Translations under genes and position numbers: made by a program | The notes under the pieces: generated by a model | The model's input: only the letters and a program-made list of their open reading frames with translations | What the model was told of the DNA's origin: nothing | Databases searched by the model: none | Shown here: positions 46,515 to 54,768 of the stretch, one piece after another | Layout of the letters: each line of letters begins with the position of its first letter | Position numbering within the stretch: the first letter of the stretch is position 1 | Source: an uncultured Candidatus Actinomarina sp. | Lineage (GTDB): Bacteria > Actinomycetota > Acidimicrobiia > Actinomarinales > Actinomarinaceae | Length of the DNA: 56,778 nt | Direction of reading: 5' to 3' | NCBI GenBank assembly: GCA_902566515.1 | Contig: CACFIX010000006.1 | Location: 1 to 56,778, forward strand

Positions 46515-47484
46515 CTACTTCACCAGACGTAGGGCTCACACCTAAGTTTCCTAACATGTACCCAAATAGAAGTGGTGTTGTAACCAAGCCGCCAAGGCCA
46601 TAAAAACGCCATGAGAGATCGACTCCATTAAGTACAGAAAAAGCCAATAAATGTATAACAAATATTAGACCGTAAGAGCCAGCAACTAAGGCCGTACTTA
46701 TTTGAATTTTTCTATCATGATTTGTTGTTTGATACCATTTAGTGATTTGATATATAAGTGCAGACATTAATAAACCAGATACACAAATTAGAATTGTTCG
46801 ATTAAATTCACCAAGGCTTGGATTTATTGAGATATACAAAAAAGAAATTAAATAAACAAGTGACATCTGTTTTGGTGAAACTTTAAAACGCACTACATAA
46901 ACAAATATAAAACTGGCAAGCATTGCCTGCAGTATTACACCGCCAGCAGCAAGTTCATCTTCTCTTTCGACAAAAGACCAAATATTTAAAAATGGATTTA
47001 TAAATAGTGTTATAAACATAACTAACCCATAACTTGTCGCTGCAGAAAATATTGATGCATTATCCAAACTCTCTTTTGATGGCCTTGTAGTAAAAACATA
47101 ATCTAACATGAGAAATGAACCAAGAAATAACATGAGATGAGATGGAGTAATAAGAGGCTCTACTCCAGTTTCTATTCCAAGTAGTGTGTGCCATATAGCA
47201 TCTGATGCTCCACCTATTCCAAAAATAACTGCTCCTAAAACACCTATATCAAATTTATAATCCTTCATTTTATTTTTTATATACATGACTACCAAAACTG
47301 AAAAAGCATACCCTGAATAAAGTACACCATGCCAAGGTGTAAAGAATGTCTCAATATCATCTATGAGATAGGTATGTGCGCTTGAATCAATCCATGCTCC
47401 TGAAAAGAACCAGATCATAGAAAATATTAATAGTCTCCTATGTGTTTGATTTGTAATAGATGTTGGTGACAATTTATTAAACAT
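46507..47484 (-). CDS. Polytopic membrane protein with two PmoC/AmoC-like D-x3-H...TP-x-H motifs
   Basis: DSSAH...FTPWH and DAIWH...ITPSH. Confidence 0.65.
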   Translation of the reverse strand: MFNKLSPTSITNQTHRRLLIFSMIWFFSGAWIDSSAHTYLIDDIETFFTPWHGVLYSGYAFSVLVVMYIKNKMKDYKFDIGVLGAVIFGIGGASDAIWHTLLGIETGVEPLITPSHLMLFLGSFLMLDYVFTTRPSKESLDNASIFSAATSYGLVMFITLFINPFLNIWSFVEREDELAAGGVILQAMLASFIFVYVVRFKVSPKQMSLVYLISFLYISINPSLGEFNRTILICVSGLLMSALIYQITKWYQTTNHDRKIQISTALVAGSYGLIFVIHLLAFSVLNGVDLSWRFYGLGGLVTTPLLFGYMLGNLGVSPTSGEVVR

Positions 47485-47562
47485 TTTTTATCTATAACTT
47501 ATTTTAAACAATTGTTTTATTTCTTATTCTTGAAATTACTAAAACTAAATTAAAATTCACCC

Positions 47563-48729
47563 ATGAAAGAAAATAATTTTTCAAGAACATTAACTAAGAG
47601 AAATTCTTTATATCTAGGTTTGAGTTCAATGATTGGTGCGGGATTATTTTATAATTTAGCTCCTACTTCAAAAATTAGTTCTTACTCATCCATTTTAGGA
47701 TTATTGCTTGCAAGCACTCTTGCATTTGCAAATGCCTCATCATCTGCTCAGCTCGCATCGTTATATCCACAAACTGGCGGAACCTACTTATATGCAAACA
47801 AAGTGTTGGGGAAGCTGCCTGGAAATATTGCTGGAATTGTATTTATACTAGGAAAGACAGTTAGTTGTGTTGCTATTGCTATAACTCTTGGAAATTACAT
47901 ATCTCCAATTTATGGCAAAGAACTTGGTGTGGGTTTATCTTTAGTTGTCTTTTTAGTTGGATACAAAGGAATTACAAAAACTGCAGCTTTAGCAAGGTGG
48001 TTTGTTCTTATAGTGATATCAATTTTAGCTTTTTTCTGTATTGCAATACTTATGACACCTTCAACAAATACTGCTATTCCTTTGCTTGAAGGATTTAGTA
48101 CTAGTAATTTGTTTTTATCAGCAGCTTTATGGTTTTTTGCTTTTACAGGTTATTCAAGACTTGCAACATACGGAGAAGAAGTAAAAAATCCTGAAAAAAT
48201 AATCCCTAGTTCAATACTTACTGGCTTGGGTGTTACAGTTATAATTTATCTTTTGGTAAATTGGCTAGCACTATCAATCATAGGGCCCGAAGTTGTTGCA
48301 AACTCATACACTCCCTTGCTTATTGCAATGGATGTATCAGTAATGTCTGATTTTTCATTTCTAATAGTTTTTGCATCTACAATTGCTACTGCTTCGGTGT
48401 TTCTTGCTTTACTTCCAGCGATAAGCAGAATATATGTTGCAATGTCAAGAGATGGTATTCTTCCAAATGTGTTTTCAAAAATACATAATAAAAATAACTC
48501 GGCATATGTTTCAGAATTGTTTGTTTTACTAACAGTGGTTGTAGGAATTTATACCATAAATATTACAAACGCAATAAAGCTCAGTGCATTCTTTATTCTC
48601 ATTTATTATTCACTCACTAATTTAAGTGTGATCAACTTACACAAAAACCAAAGACTCTACTCAGTCTCCATAGCGTATTACGGTCTTTTGATGTGCATGG
48701 TTCTCGGGTTTTCCCTAGTTCTCATATAA
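47563..48729 (+). CDS. APC-family amino acid permease
   Basis: SMIGAG, P.TGG.Y, FAFTGY, EEVKNP, SR...AMSRDG. Confidence 0.92.
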   Translation: MKENNFSRTLTKRNSLYLGLSSMIGAGLFYNLAPTSKISSYSSILGLLLASTLAFANASSSAQLASLYPQTGGTYLYANKVLGKLPGNIAGIVFILGKTVSCVAIAITLGNYISPIYGKELGVGLSLVVFLVGYKGITKTAALARWFVLIVISILAFFCIAILMTPSTNTAIPLLEGFSTSNLFLSAALWFFAFTGYSRLATYGEEVKNPEKIIPSSILTGLGVTVIIYLLVNWLALSIIGPEVVANSYTPLLIAMDVSVMSDFSFLIVFASTIATASVFLALLPAISRIYVAMSRDGILPNVFSKIHNKNNSAYVSELFVLLTVVVGIYTINITNAIKLSAFFILIYYSLTNLSVINLHKNQRLYSVSIAYYGLLMCMVLGFSLVLI

Positions 48730-48732
48730 AAA

Positions 48733-48758
48733 ACAAACCGGATTTAAATCCGGTTTGT
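48733..48758. terminator. Perfect hairpin, U-tract on the minus strand
   Basis: ACAAACCGGAT-TTAA-ATCCGGTTTGT preceded by an A-run on the + strand. Confidence 0.7.
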
Positions 48759-49085
48759 CAAAATAACCTGTGAAGTCTTCCCCCAAAGTTCTCACTAATT
48801 ATTTGAAGATATAATCTCCTCGTAATCATTGTACAAATCAGTATTTTGGAATGCATTAAAAAAACTATATTTTCACAAACTGAGATCTTTTGTGAAAATA
48901 AAATCACAATCTTGCAAGGTTGTGAAGAAGAAATTATAATGTATTTAAGGGTCAATCACGTGTATGCGTTGAAAATCACTCAAACACACTTCCATAGGTG
49001 GTTGACCTATGCCCAAAGTAGTAGCTTCTAAATTTTATTTGTGACATATTTTTTTATTTTTATAAAGATGATTTATATTTATAAA

Positions 49086-49577
49086 ATGAAAGGTTTTAAC
49101 TCATCTAGTAGTCAGGTATTTTCTCAAAAACCTGACGAGTTATGGAATGCTATTTCAAAAGAAAATAATCTAAACGATACACATCCATTTTGTAAAGAAA
49201 ATGAAATATTAGTTTGGAACGAAGAAAACCATATAGATAAACTCGTATACTTAAATGGCCTCACATTTATCAGAGAGTTTTCAGAATGGTTTGAGGGTAT
49301 TGGTTATAATTTGTGGATTGGAACAAAACGTGGTCCAAAGTCTTATGTTGAATGGAGAATTACAGAGCATTGTCTAGGATCCGAGTTAAAAATAACTGTA
49401 TACCCTTTCTTCTTTAGAAAATGGCCTAAGTTTATTGCTTTTCTACCATATTATTTATACATAAACCCTAAATTAACATCTTATTTAAATTCTGTTGTAG
49501 GAGGTTTTAAATGGTACCTAGATGAAGGAACAGCAGTACCTAGAAACCATTTTGGAAAACATCGCTGGTTTTCATAA
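49086..49577 (+). CDS. SRPBCC/START-like protein
   Basis: LWNAIS...L...HPFC and a C-terminal helix (L..V..G.KWY); start likely MKGFN at 49086. Confidence 0.6.
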   Translation: MKGFNSSSSQVFSQKPDELWNAISKENNLNDTHPFCKENEILVWNEENHIDKLVYLNGLTFIREFSEWFEGIGYNLWIGTKRGPKSYVEWRITEHCLGSELKITVYPFFFRKWPKFIAFLPYYLYINPKLTSYLNSVVGGFKWYLDEGTAVPRNHFGKHRWFS

Positions 49578-49616
49578 ATTAATTTTCATCTTCACATCCG
49601 CATTCTGGACAAAACA

Positions 49617-49988
49617 TTACCCTCTCCTTTCTTCTAGTTTTATAATCGCCCGATTCTTATCAGGTCCTTTCATAATCATTTTTGCCATCATGCCATATTT
49701 TTTCCTGATTATATCTGCAGCATGCTTTTTCATATCCGCATCCTCTATAAGAGATGCTTTTAGATCGAGGCTTTCTGATAACTTTTTTGAGCCGTTTTGG
49801 TTAGTAATATAAATTGTTGCTTTACCGTTGTTTCTAACCCTCTTTACTTTTCCAGCGTTAAGGCTTGTTGTTACAACTAATGAGTTTGAAAAATCTGCAA
49901 CCCATACCGGTGTTGTGATAGGCGTTTTGTCTTTTTTGTATGTGATTAGATTTATGTATTCGACATCTGAAAAATCTTTTAAATTCAT
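49617..49988 (-). CDS. PPOX-class F420-dependent oxidoreductase (Rv2061-like)
   Basis: Y..L.TYKK...TPVW, GKVKRVRNN, KKYG. Confidence 0.85.
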   Translation of the reverse strand: MNLKDFSDVEYINLITYKKDKTPITTPVWVADFSNSLVVTTSLNAGKVKRVRNNGKATIYITNQNGSKKLSESLDLKASLIEDADMKKHAADIIRKKYGMMAKMIMKGPDKNRAIIKLEERRG

Positions 49989-49997
49989 AAATTCAGT

Positions 49998-50123
49998 TTA
50001 AAGATAATTTAATAAAAGTTCAGGAAGTTGTTTTAATCTTCTTGCTGTGTCATCTTCAGAAAAAAGTATATAGAGAAGCAACAAAATAAGTATTACTCTT
50101 GTAAGTGTTATTTTTCTGAACAT
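49998..50123 (-). CDS. 41-aa single-TM peptide (not in ORF track)
   Basis: MFRKITLTRVILILLLLYILFSEDDTARRLKQLPELLLNYL; ends 9 nt before the PPOX gene start. Confidence 0.45.
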   Translation of the reverse strand: MFRKITLTRVILILLLLYILFSEDDTARRLKQLPELLLNYL

Positions 50124-50149
50124 AGAAATATGCTAAATATTTTCAATAT

Positions 50150-50184
50150 AAAAAAAAGGGATTTTATAAAAAATCCCTTTTTTT
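50150..50184. terminator. Intrinsic terminator closing the paralog operon
   Basis: AAAAAAAAGGGATTTT-ATAA-AAAATCCCTTTTTTT. Confidence 0.75.
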
Positions 50185-50209
50185 CTATTCGTTATCTGTC
50201 CACTTAGAT

Positions 50210-50845
50210 TTATGTTGGAGTATCTCCCTCATTAAAATCAATAAACAACTTACCTGCATACACAGGTCCCATATAAGCTACAGTGCTTCCATCAAACATT
50301 TCAGACTCTGATTCACTATCTAGTGCTGCTTGTAATTTTTCAACAGCTACATTCATTTCTTCCTCAGAATCCCAGAAGTTCCAACTAATAGCACTACTTC
50401 CGTCAAAAACTGCCCCTGTTACTTGAAGGCCTTCAGACTCTTCATAAATTGGTTCTACTTTTTCTTTGAGAAAGCTCAATACTGCGTCTGTGTCTTTTGC
50501 AACACCAACAACCAACCTCAAATAGCTTGGTCTTGTACTGTCCTTAGCCATAGTTTGATAGACCTTACCATAAACTGCATCCCCTTGATAAATTACAGGA
50601 GGTGCTGACATCATTCCAGCTGCTTCTGATAATACTCCTTGTATTTTTTCTTCCACGGCTTCTACAGCTTCCTTACTTTCATAAGCAGCCAAATTAACGC
50701 CAGAAGTCTCCCCTGTAATAGCAGCCATCATCGTCAGAAGTCCGGGTGTGCCATCAAACTCAGGCATAACTTTTTCTTTAACAAAAGATATGGCTTCGTC
50801 TTTTTTTCCATCCTGAAGAGATGGAATCGTTATTCTAAAGTACAT
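50210..50845 (-). CDS. Double ABM-like barrel protein, paralog 3
   Basis: Two internal repeats (R...G..D...F....V.P.....G...W.S.E); C-terminal FIDFNEG. Confidence 0.75.
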   Translation of the reverse strand: MYFRITIPSLQDGKKDEAISFVKEKVMPEFDGTPGLLTMMAAITGETSGVNLAAYESKEAVEAVEEKIQGVLSEAAGMMSAPPVIYQGDAVYGKVYQTMAKDSTRPSYLRLVVGVAKDTDAVLSFLKEKVEPIYEESEGLQVTGAVFDGSSAISWNFWDSEEEMNVAVEKLQAALDSESESEMFDGSTVAYMGPVYAGKLFIDFNEGDTPT

Positions 50846-50859
50846 AATTTCCTTTCTTT

Positions 50860-51504
50860 TTAGTTAATTGATTTCCCTGCTTTAAAGTCGGTAAATTGCC
50901 TCCTAGCAAACGGTTCACCATAGTAATCTGTAAATCCATCCATTAGTGGCATGAATTTTTCGTATACATTTTCATCAGTATTCAGTTTTTCATCAAAACT
51001 GTGCTTTGCATCATGTGAAGTCCAAAACTCAAACAAAACAAGTGTTTTATCATCAATTTTAATTGATCCGTAAGAAATAATTCCCTCATCCTTTTCCAGT
51101 TTTGGTAGATAAATTTCTTTTTGAAGATTTATATATTCGTCAGCATTTTTTACATCCAACTTTGCGAATGCCAAAAACAAAGAATCTCTTGGTTCTTCAA
51201 CTAGGGAGTCCTTTAGGGTCTTGCCAGTAAATAGTTCACCTTCATAAACCCTTGGAAAACTAGCAAGCAGATCTTGAATTTGCATCAAGTTCTCATTTCT
51301 AATTTGTGCAAACTTATCTGCGGTCTCTTTGTCCTTCATAAATGCAATACCTAGATTTACATTATCTTTTGGATTAAAAAAGGCTATTGAATGCAAATCT
51401 CCTTTGAGGACCTCTAAAGCTGGGAAGCCTGTGTTTTCAAAAAACTCTTTGAGTTCATCAAGCTTCCCATCTTGAAATAAAATACTAACTGCTACTGCAT
51501 ACAT
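50860..51504 (-). CDS. Double ABM-like barrel protein, paralog 2
   Basis: Same two-repeat layout (QDGKLDE, FWTSHDA); C-terminal FTDFKAG. Confidence 0.75.
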   Translation of the reverse strand: MYAVAVSILFQDGKLDELKEFFENTGFPALEVLKGDLHSIAFFNPKDNVNLGIAFMKDKETADKFAQIRNENLMQIQDLLASFPRVYEGELFTGKTLKDSLVEEPRDSLFLAFAKLDVKNADEYINLQKEIYLPKLEKDEGIISYGSIKIDDKTLVLFEFWTSHDAKHSFDEKLNTDENVYEKFMPLMDGFTDYYGEPFARRQFTDFKAGKSIN

Positions 51505-51516
51505 TTGTTTTATTTT

Positions 51517-52149
51517 TTACTCTACGGAGTAATTTCCTATTGCATCCCCAACACCGAGAATAAATAGTGGATATAGGATTACCCCTCCAAGAACAAATAA
51601 ACCAGCAAATGCTGCTGCTGGAATAATTCCAAAAAGTGTTAATGCTTGAGCTGGAATTATTATTACCGCAAAAATAATTCCTACAGTTTGTGTTCTGTTA
51701 CTTAATTGGTTTCCTCTTCTTTTATCAGTTCTGACTAGCAAATACACATACATTCCATAAAAGAAAAAGACAGTATTTGTAAATGAACCTGAAATTGCAC
51801 CAACGGTATCAGGATCTAACACGGTATCAAACACACTGTAATAATTAAATACTGCACCAAGAGCAAATAACATTTGTACTGTCACGCTAACAAATAAAAC
51901 ATTATGCATATGTGACAGATCAAATGTTTGCTTAACATCAAATACTACATAAATGCCCATAAGAACACCTGTTGTCAAAAACGCAATAACAAAGTTTAAA
52001 ATTGCAGTTATTGGTCCATAGGTTGGGTCAAATCCAACAGAGTCTGGTCCAACAACAACAGCAATAATTACAAAATTAGCTAGAACTAAAGCTGCAATTA
52101 CTCTTGTGATTGCTTTTAAGTTTTTAATTTCATCTTTAAATGTTTCCAT
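51517..52149 (-). CDS. Six-TM membrane protein, family A copy 2
   Basis: S.GFD...G.I.A.LN and LGGVILYP shared with 52862. Confidence 0.75.
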   Translation of the reverse strand: METFKDEIKNLKAITRVIAALVLANFVIIAVVVGPDSVGFDPTYGPITAILNFVIAFLTTGVLMGIYVVFDVKQTFDLSHMHNVLFVSVTVQMLFALGAVFNYYSVFDTVLDPDTVGAISGSFTNTVFFFYGMYVYLLVRTDKRRGNQLSNRTQTVGIIFAVIIIPAQALTLFGIIPAAAFAGLFVLGGVILYPLFILGVGDAIGNYSVE

Positions 52150-52161
52150 TTATATTCCTTT

Positions 52162-52803
52162 CTAAAGTTTTCCAACAGGAAAATCAACGTAGTTTCTCCA
52201 TAAATCACACTGACCAGTTATTTCTTGCGGTGGTTCTGAAATAAGGTTTGCAACCGCATCTGAAACAACAGATGCAATAACATCAGATGCCGCATGTGCA
52301 GCATCATGATCTGTCCAAAAATTGAAACTAAACCCTTTATCTTCAGCTACTTTACAAGCACCTGTTCCATAAATTCCTTCGACATTTTCATAGGCTGGAT
52401 AAACAGTGTTTGTCATAAACTCTGCAACATCATCATAGGTTTTACCCTCTTGAGTTCCTCCGCCTAAAACAAATCTGGCAAAAAATCCATCTTCACCATC
52501 TTTGGAAACTGCAATGTACTGCTGTCCAGCAACCATGGTGCCTTCCATGACTTCTGGCTGGCCATCAAGCATCTCTGCCGCACCTGCTAAAGCCTGGTTA
52601 AATTTATCGATTGAAGCTTCTTTAGCCTCTTCATTAGCCCAAGTAGACCATGCCATAAATCTTCCGTCATTTGTCGCACATGCTGCTATTCCTAATAGCC
52701 CTGAAATTCCATCATAAGATGGCATTACAGTATTTTTGACATATTCAAGGGTATTATCCATTTCACCCTCTTTTACGTCTGCAAGAGTTAGTCTTACAAA
52801 CAT
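52162..52803 (-). CDS. Double ABM-like barrel protein, paralog 1
   Basis: MFVR...EG.MD, VMP.YDG..G, NFWTDHDA; C-terminal YVDFPVG; GGAGG RBS. Confidence 0.75.
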   Translation of the reverse strand: MFVRLTLADVKEGEMDNTLEYVKNTVMPSYDGISGLLGIAACATNDGRFMAWSTWANEEAKEASIDKFNQALAGAAEMLDGQPEVMEGTMVAGQQYIAVSKDGEDGFFARFVLGGGTQEGKTYDDVAEFMTNTVYPAYENVEGIYGTGACKVAEDKGFSFNFWTDHDAAHAASDVIASVVSDAVANLISEPPQEITGQCDLWRNYVDFPVGKL

Positions 52804-52861
52804 TTTTTACCTCCTAACATTACTATGTCAGTTAAGTATGTTTACAAAGCCCCATTTCTGC

Positions 52862-53476
52862 TCACGCTTTAGAAAACGCCGAGGAGAATGAAAATATAAA
52901 TGCTGGAAACAAAACAACTCCTCCTAAGACTGCTATCAAGATAAAAGCACCATCAGGCAAAAGTCCAAATATGCTCCCAATAGAAAACACTAATATTAAA
53001 ACGGCTCCGCCCCAACCAGCATAAACTCCATAAGATGGCAGCTGACCTTCATTTACTGAAAGTACACAAAGTACTACAATTCCAGCTAGTAAGTTCCAAC
53101 CCCATGCATTTACATTCTGAAGTATCTGTATTTGATCAGGTGTAAAGATTGTTCCTTCGTTGTTAAAGTACCCAGTTGCATTAAAGCTGTTTACCATGTT
53201 TATTGCTATTACTACAAAAAATGCTTGCGTAACAACTCTAAAGTATGCATTCTCTTCAGCGTTGAAAAGCTTAAGCGAGAATGCAAGTACAAACAAAAAA
53301 GAAAATGCTTGTGCATAATTTAAAGTTGCGACTATTCCTCCCGTTGCTGAATCATAACCAGCACTTCCTGGGTCTCCCAGAGCAACTTGTACTCCAAAAG
53401 ATAGAAATATACATGCCGCAGATATGCGAGCCATGAGGCTTCCTATTCTTTTTTCACTATCAGATAATGTATTCAT
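52862..53476 (-). CDS. Six-TM membrane protein, family A copy 1
   Basis: SAGYD...G.I.ATLN and LGGVVLFP. Confidence 0.75.
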   Translation of the reverse strand: MNTLSDSEKRIGSLMARISAACIFLSFGVQVALGDPGSAGYDSATGGIVATLNYAQAFSFLFVLAFSLKLFNAEENAYFRVVTQAFFVVIAINMVNSFNATGYFNNEGTIFTPDQIQILQNVNAWGWNLLAGIVVLCVLSVNEGQLPSYGVYAGWGGAVLILVFSIGSIFGLLPDGAFILIAVLGGVVLFPAFIFSFSSAFSKA

Positions 53477-53502
53477 CTTTTCCTTTCTAGTTTCTTTATT
53501 TT

Positions 53503-54075
53503 CTATTCCATTTCACTGCTTGAAGTCGATTTATCTCCCCAAGCAAAATAATTTCCTAAACTAAACCCAATTACAAGAAGAGACCATCCAGCGAACCCTA
53601 CTAGTTCAAAAGATTCTGGAATTTCAAAACTGAAAAATAAAGTTAGGGAAGCCCCTATAGTGAGAAAAAGTGCTCCAGCTATTGTTAGGTTTTCTAAAAT
53701 TGGCCTAAAGACACCATTTCCTCTAAGTGTAATACTATAGATTAATGAATTAAATGCCCAGAAAAAGTACATTGGCAAAAAGCCACCATCAAGATAGTCT
53801 GTGATTTCAAGAAATGTTCCAAGTATTATGACTGTAGCTAAAATTGTGTGAGCTGATCTCCAGTATTCTGGAACGTGGCCCTCAGCAAGATAGTAAGCCC
53901 CTATTATTATTGAAGCAAGAGAAAAACCCCAAACAAAGTTCAGTAAATCTTCTATTCCATCTAATGCAGTTATGCCAGAAAATTCTACAGCTATAAAAAC
54001 AACATTTATAGCTAGAAAAAGAATAGCATTTTGCCTTGATAAATTACCTATTGGTTGTGTAAAGAATGTTTTCAT
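53503..54075 (-). CDS. Six-TM membrane protein, family B copy 2
   Basis: QPI, N..WGFSL...IIG.Y.L....VPE.W, GNY.AW shared with 54094. Confidence 0.75.
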   Translation of the reverse strand: MKTFFTQPIGNLSRQNAILFLAINVVFIAVEFSGITALDGIEDLLNFVWGFSLASIIIGAYYLAEGHVPEYWRSAHTILATVIILGTFLEITDYLDGGFLPMYFFWAFNSLIYSITLRGNGVFRPILENLTIAGALFLTIGASLTLFFSFEIPESFELVGFAGWSLLVIGFSLGNYFAWGDKSTSSSEME

Positions 54076-54093
54076 TTTATTTCCTTCCTATTT

Positions 54094-54630
54094 TTAATTT
54101 TTGTTCCATGCGTCATAGTTTCCATAACCAACACCCACAGTGAATCCGACACCGATTAATAAAAATAACGGTTGTAGTGATTCTGGGAAGGTGTAGTCAA
54201 AGAAAATATCTGCACCTGTAAAAAGTAATCCGCATAAAGCTGCGGCTGCGGTCAAATACAAATATATTGGTTTATATATGCCTTCAGTAGCAAATGACCC
54301 AAATAATAAGTTAAAAAAGAAAAAGAAATAGAACGCAGTTGTGTCTATTTCTGGATTAGTAACCTCTAAACATTTAGCTAGAAGTACGACAGTTGCTAAT
54401 ATTGCACTTCCTGTCTTCCAAAATTCTGGTACTTGTTCTTTTGTTAGTTCATATTGACCAATAATCACTGCGGATAAACTGAATCCCCACATTAAATTTA
54501 CAAATATTGAGAATCCACCACCATCAAATCCAGTTCCTACTTCAGCTATCTGATATAGATTGCAGAAAATAAATACGAGTGACTGACTTTTAGCTTGAAC
54601 GCTGATCGGCTGTAAAGCAAAATTTTTCAA
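54094..54630 (-). CDS. Six-TM membrane protein, family B copy 1
   Basis: QPI, NLMWGFSL, VPEFW, GNYDAW; TTG start. Confidence 0.75.
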   Translation of the reverse strand: MKNFALQPISVQAKSQSLVFIFCNLYQIAEVGTGFDGGGFSIFVNLMWGFSLSAVIIGQYELTKEQVPEFWKTGSAILATVVLLAKCLEVTNPEIDTTAFYFFFFFNLLFGSFATEGIYKPIYLYLTAAAALCGLLFTGADIFFDYTFPESLQPLFLLIGVGFTVGVGYGNYDAWNKN

Positions 54631-54703
54631 AGATTAACCTACCTTCCATAAGTTCCGTTTATTAATTTATTTGCGTAATTTAACTTCCCTAAATTACATG
54701 GCC

Positions 54704-54767
54704 ATTCTACAAAATTTTTACTGGGCTTGTGTTGGATTTTGTTAAATTTGTGTAAAGTTTGTGTAAA
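54704..54767 (-). promoter_or_regulatory. Promoter with phased TTWACA direct repeats (OmpR/PhoB-type boxes)
   Basis: TTTACA (54767), TTTACA (54756), TTAACA (54745) at 11-bp period, CCAACA (54735); -10 TAGAAT at 54709. Confidence 0.6.
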
Positions 54768-54768
54768 T

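Noticed and set aside
48758-49031. ORFs 48758..48955 (-) and 48846..49031 (+)
   Set aside because: They overlap each other, use TTG starts without RBS, and run through strong hairpins and a probable terminator.
49025-49046. TGTCAC-N10-TAGAAG as another PafBC-type promoter
   Set aside because: The last, highly conserved T of the -10 box is missing.
51517-54630. Membrane paralogs as rhodopsins or heliorhodopsins
   Set aside because: About six TM helices and no retinal-binding Lys motif in the last helix.
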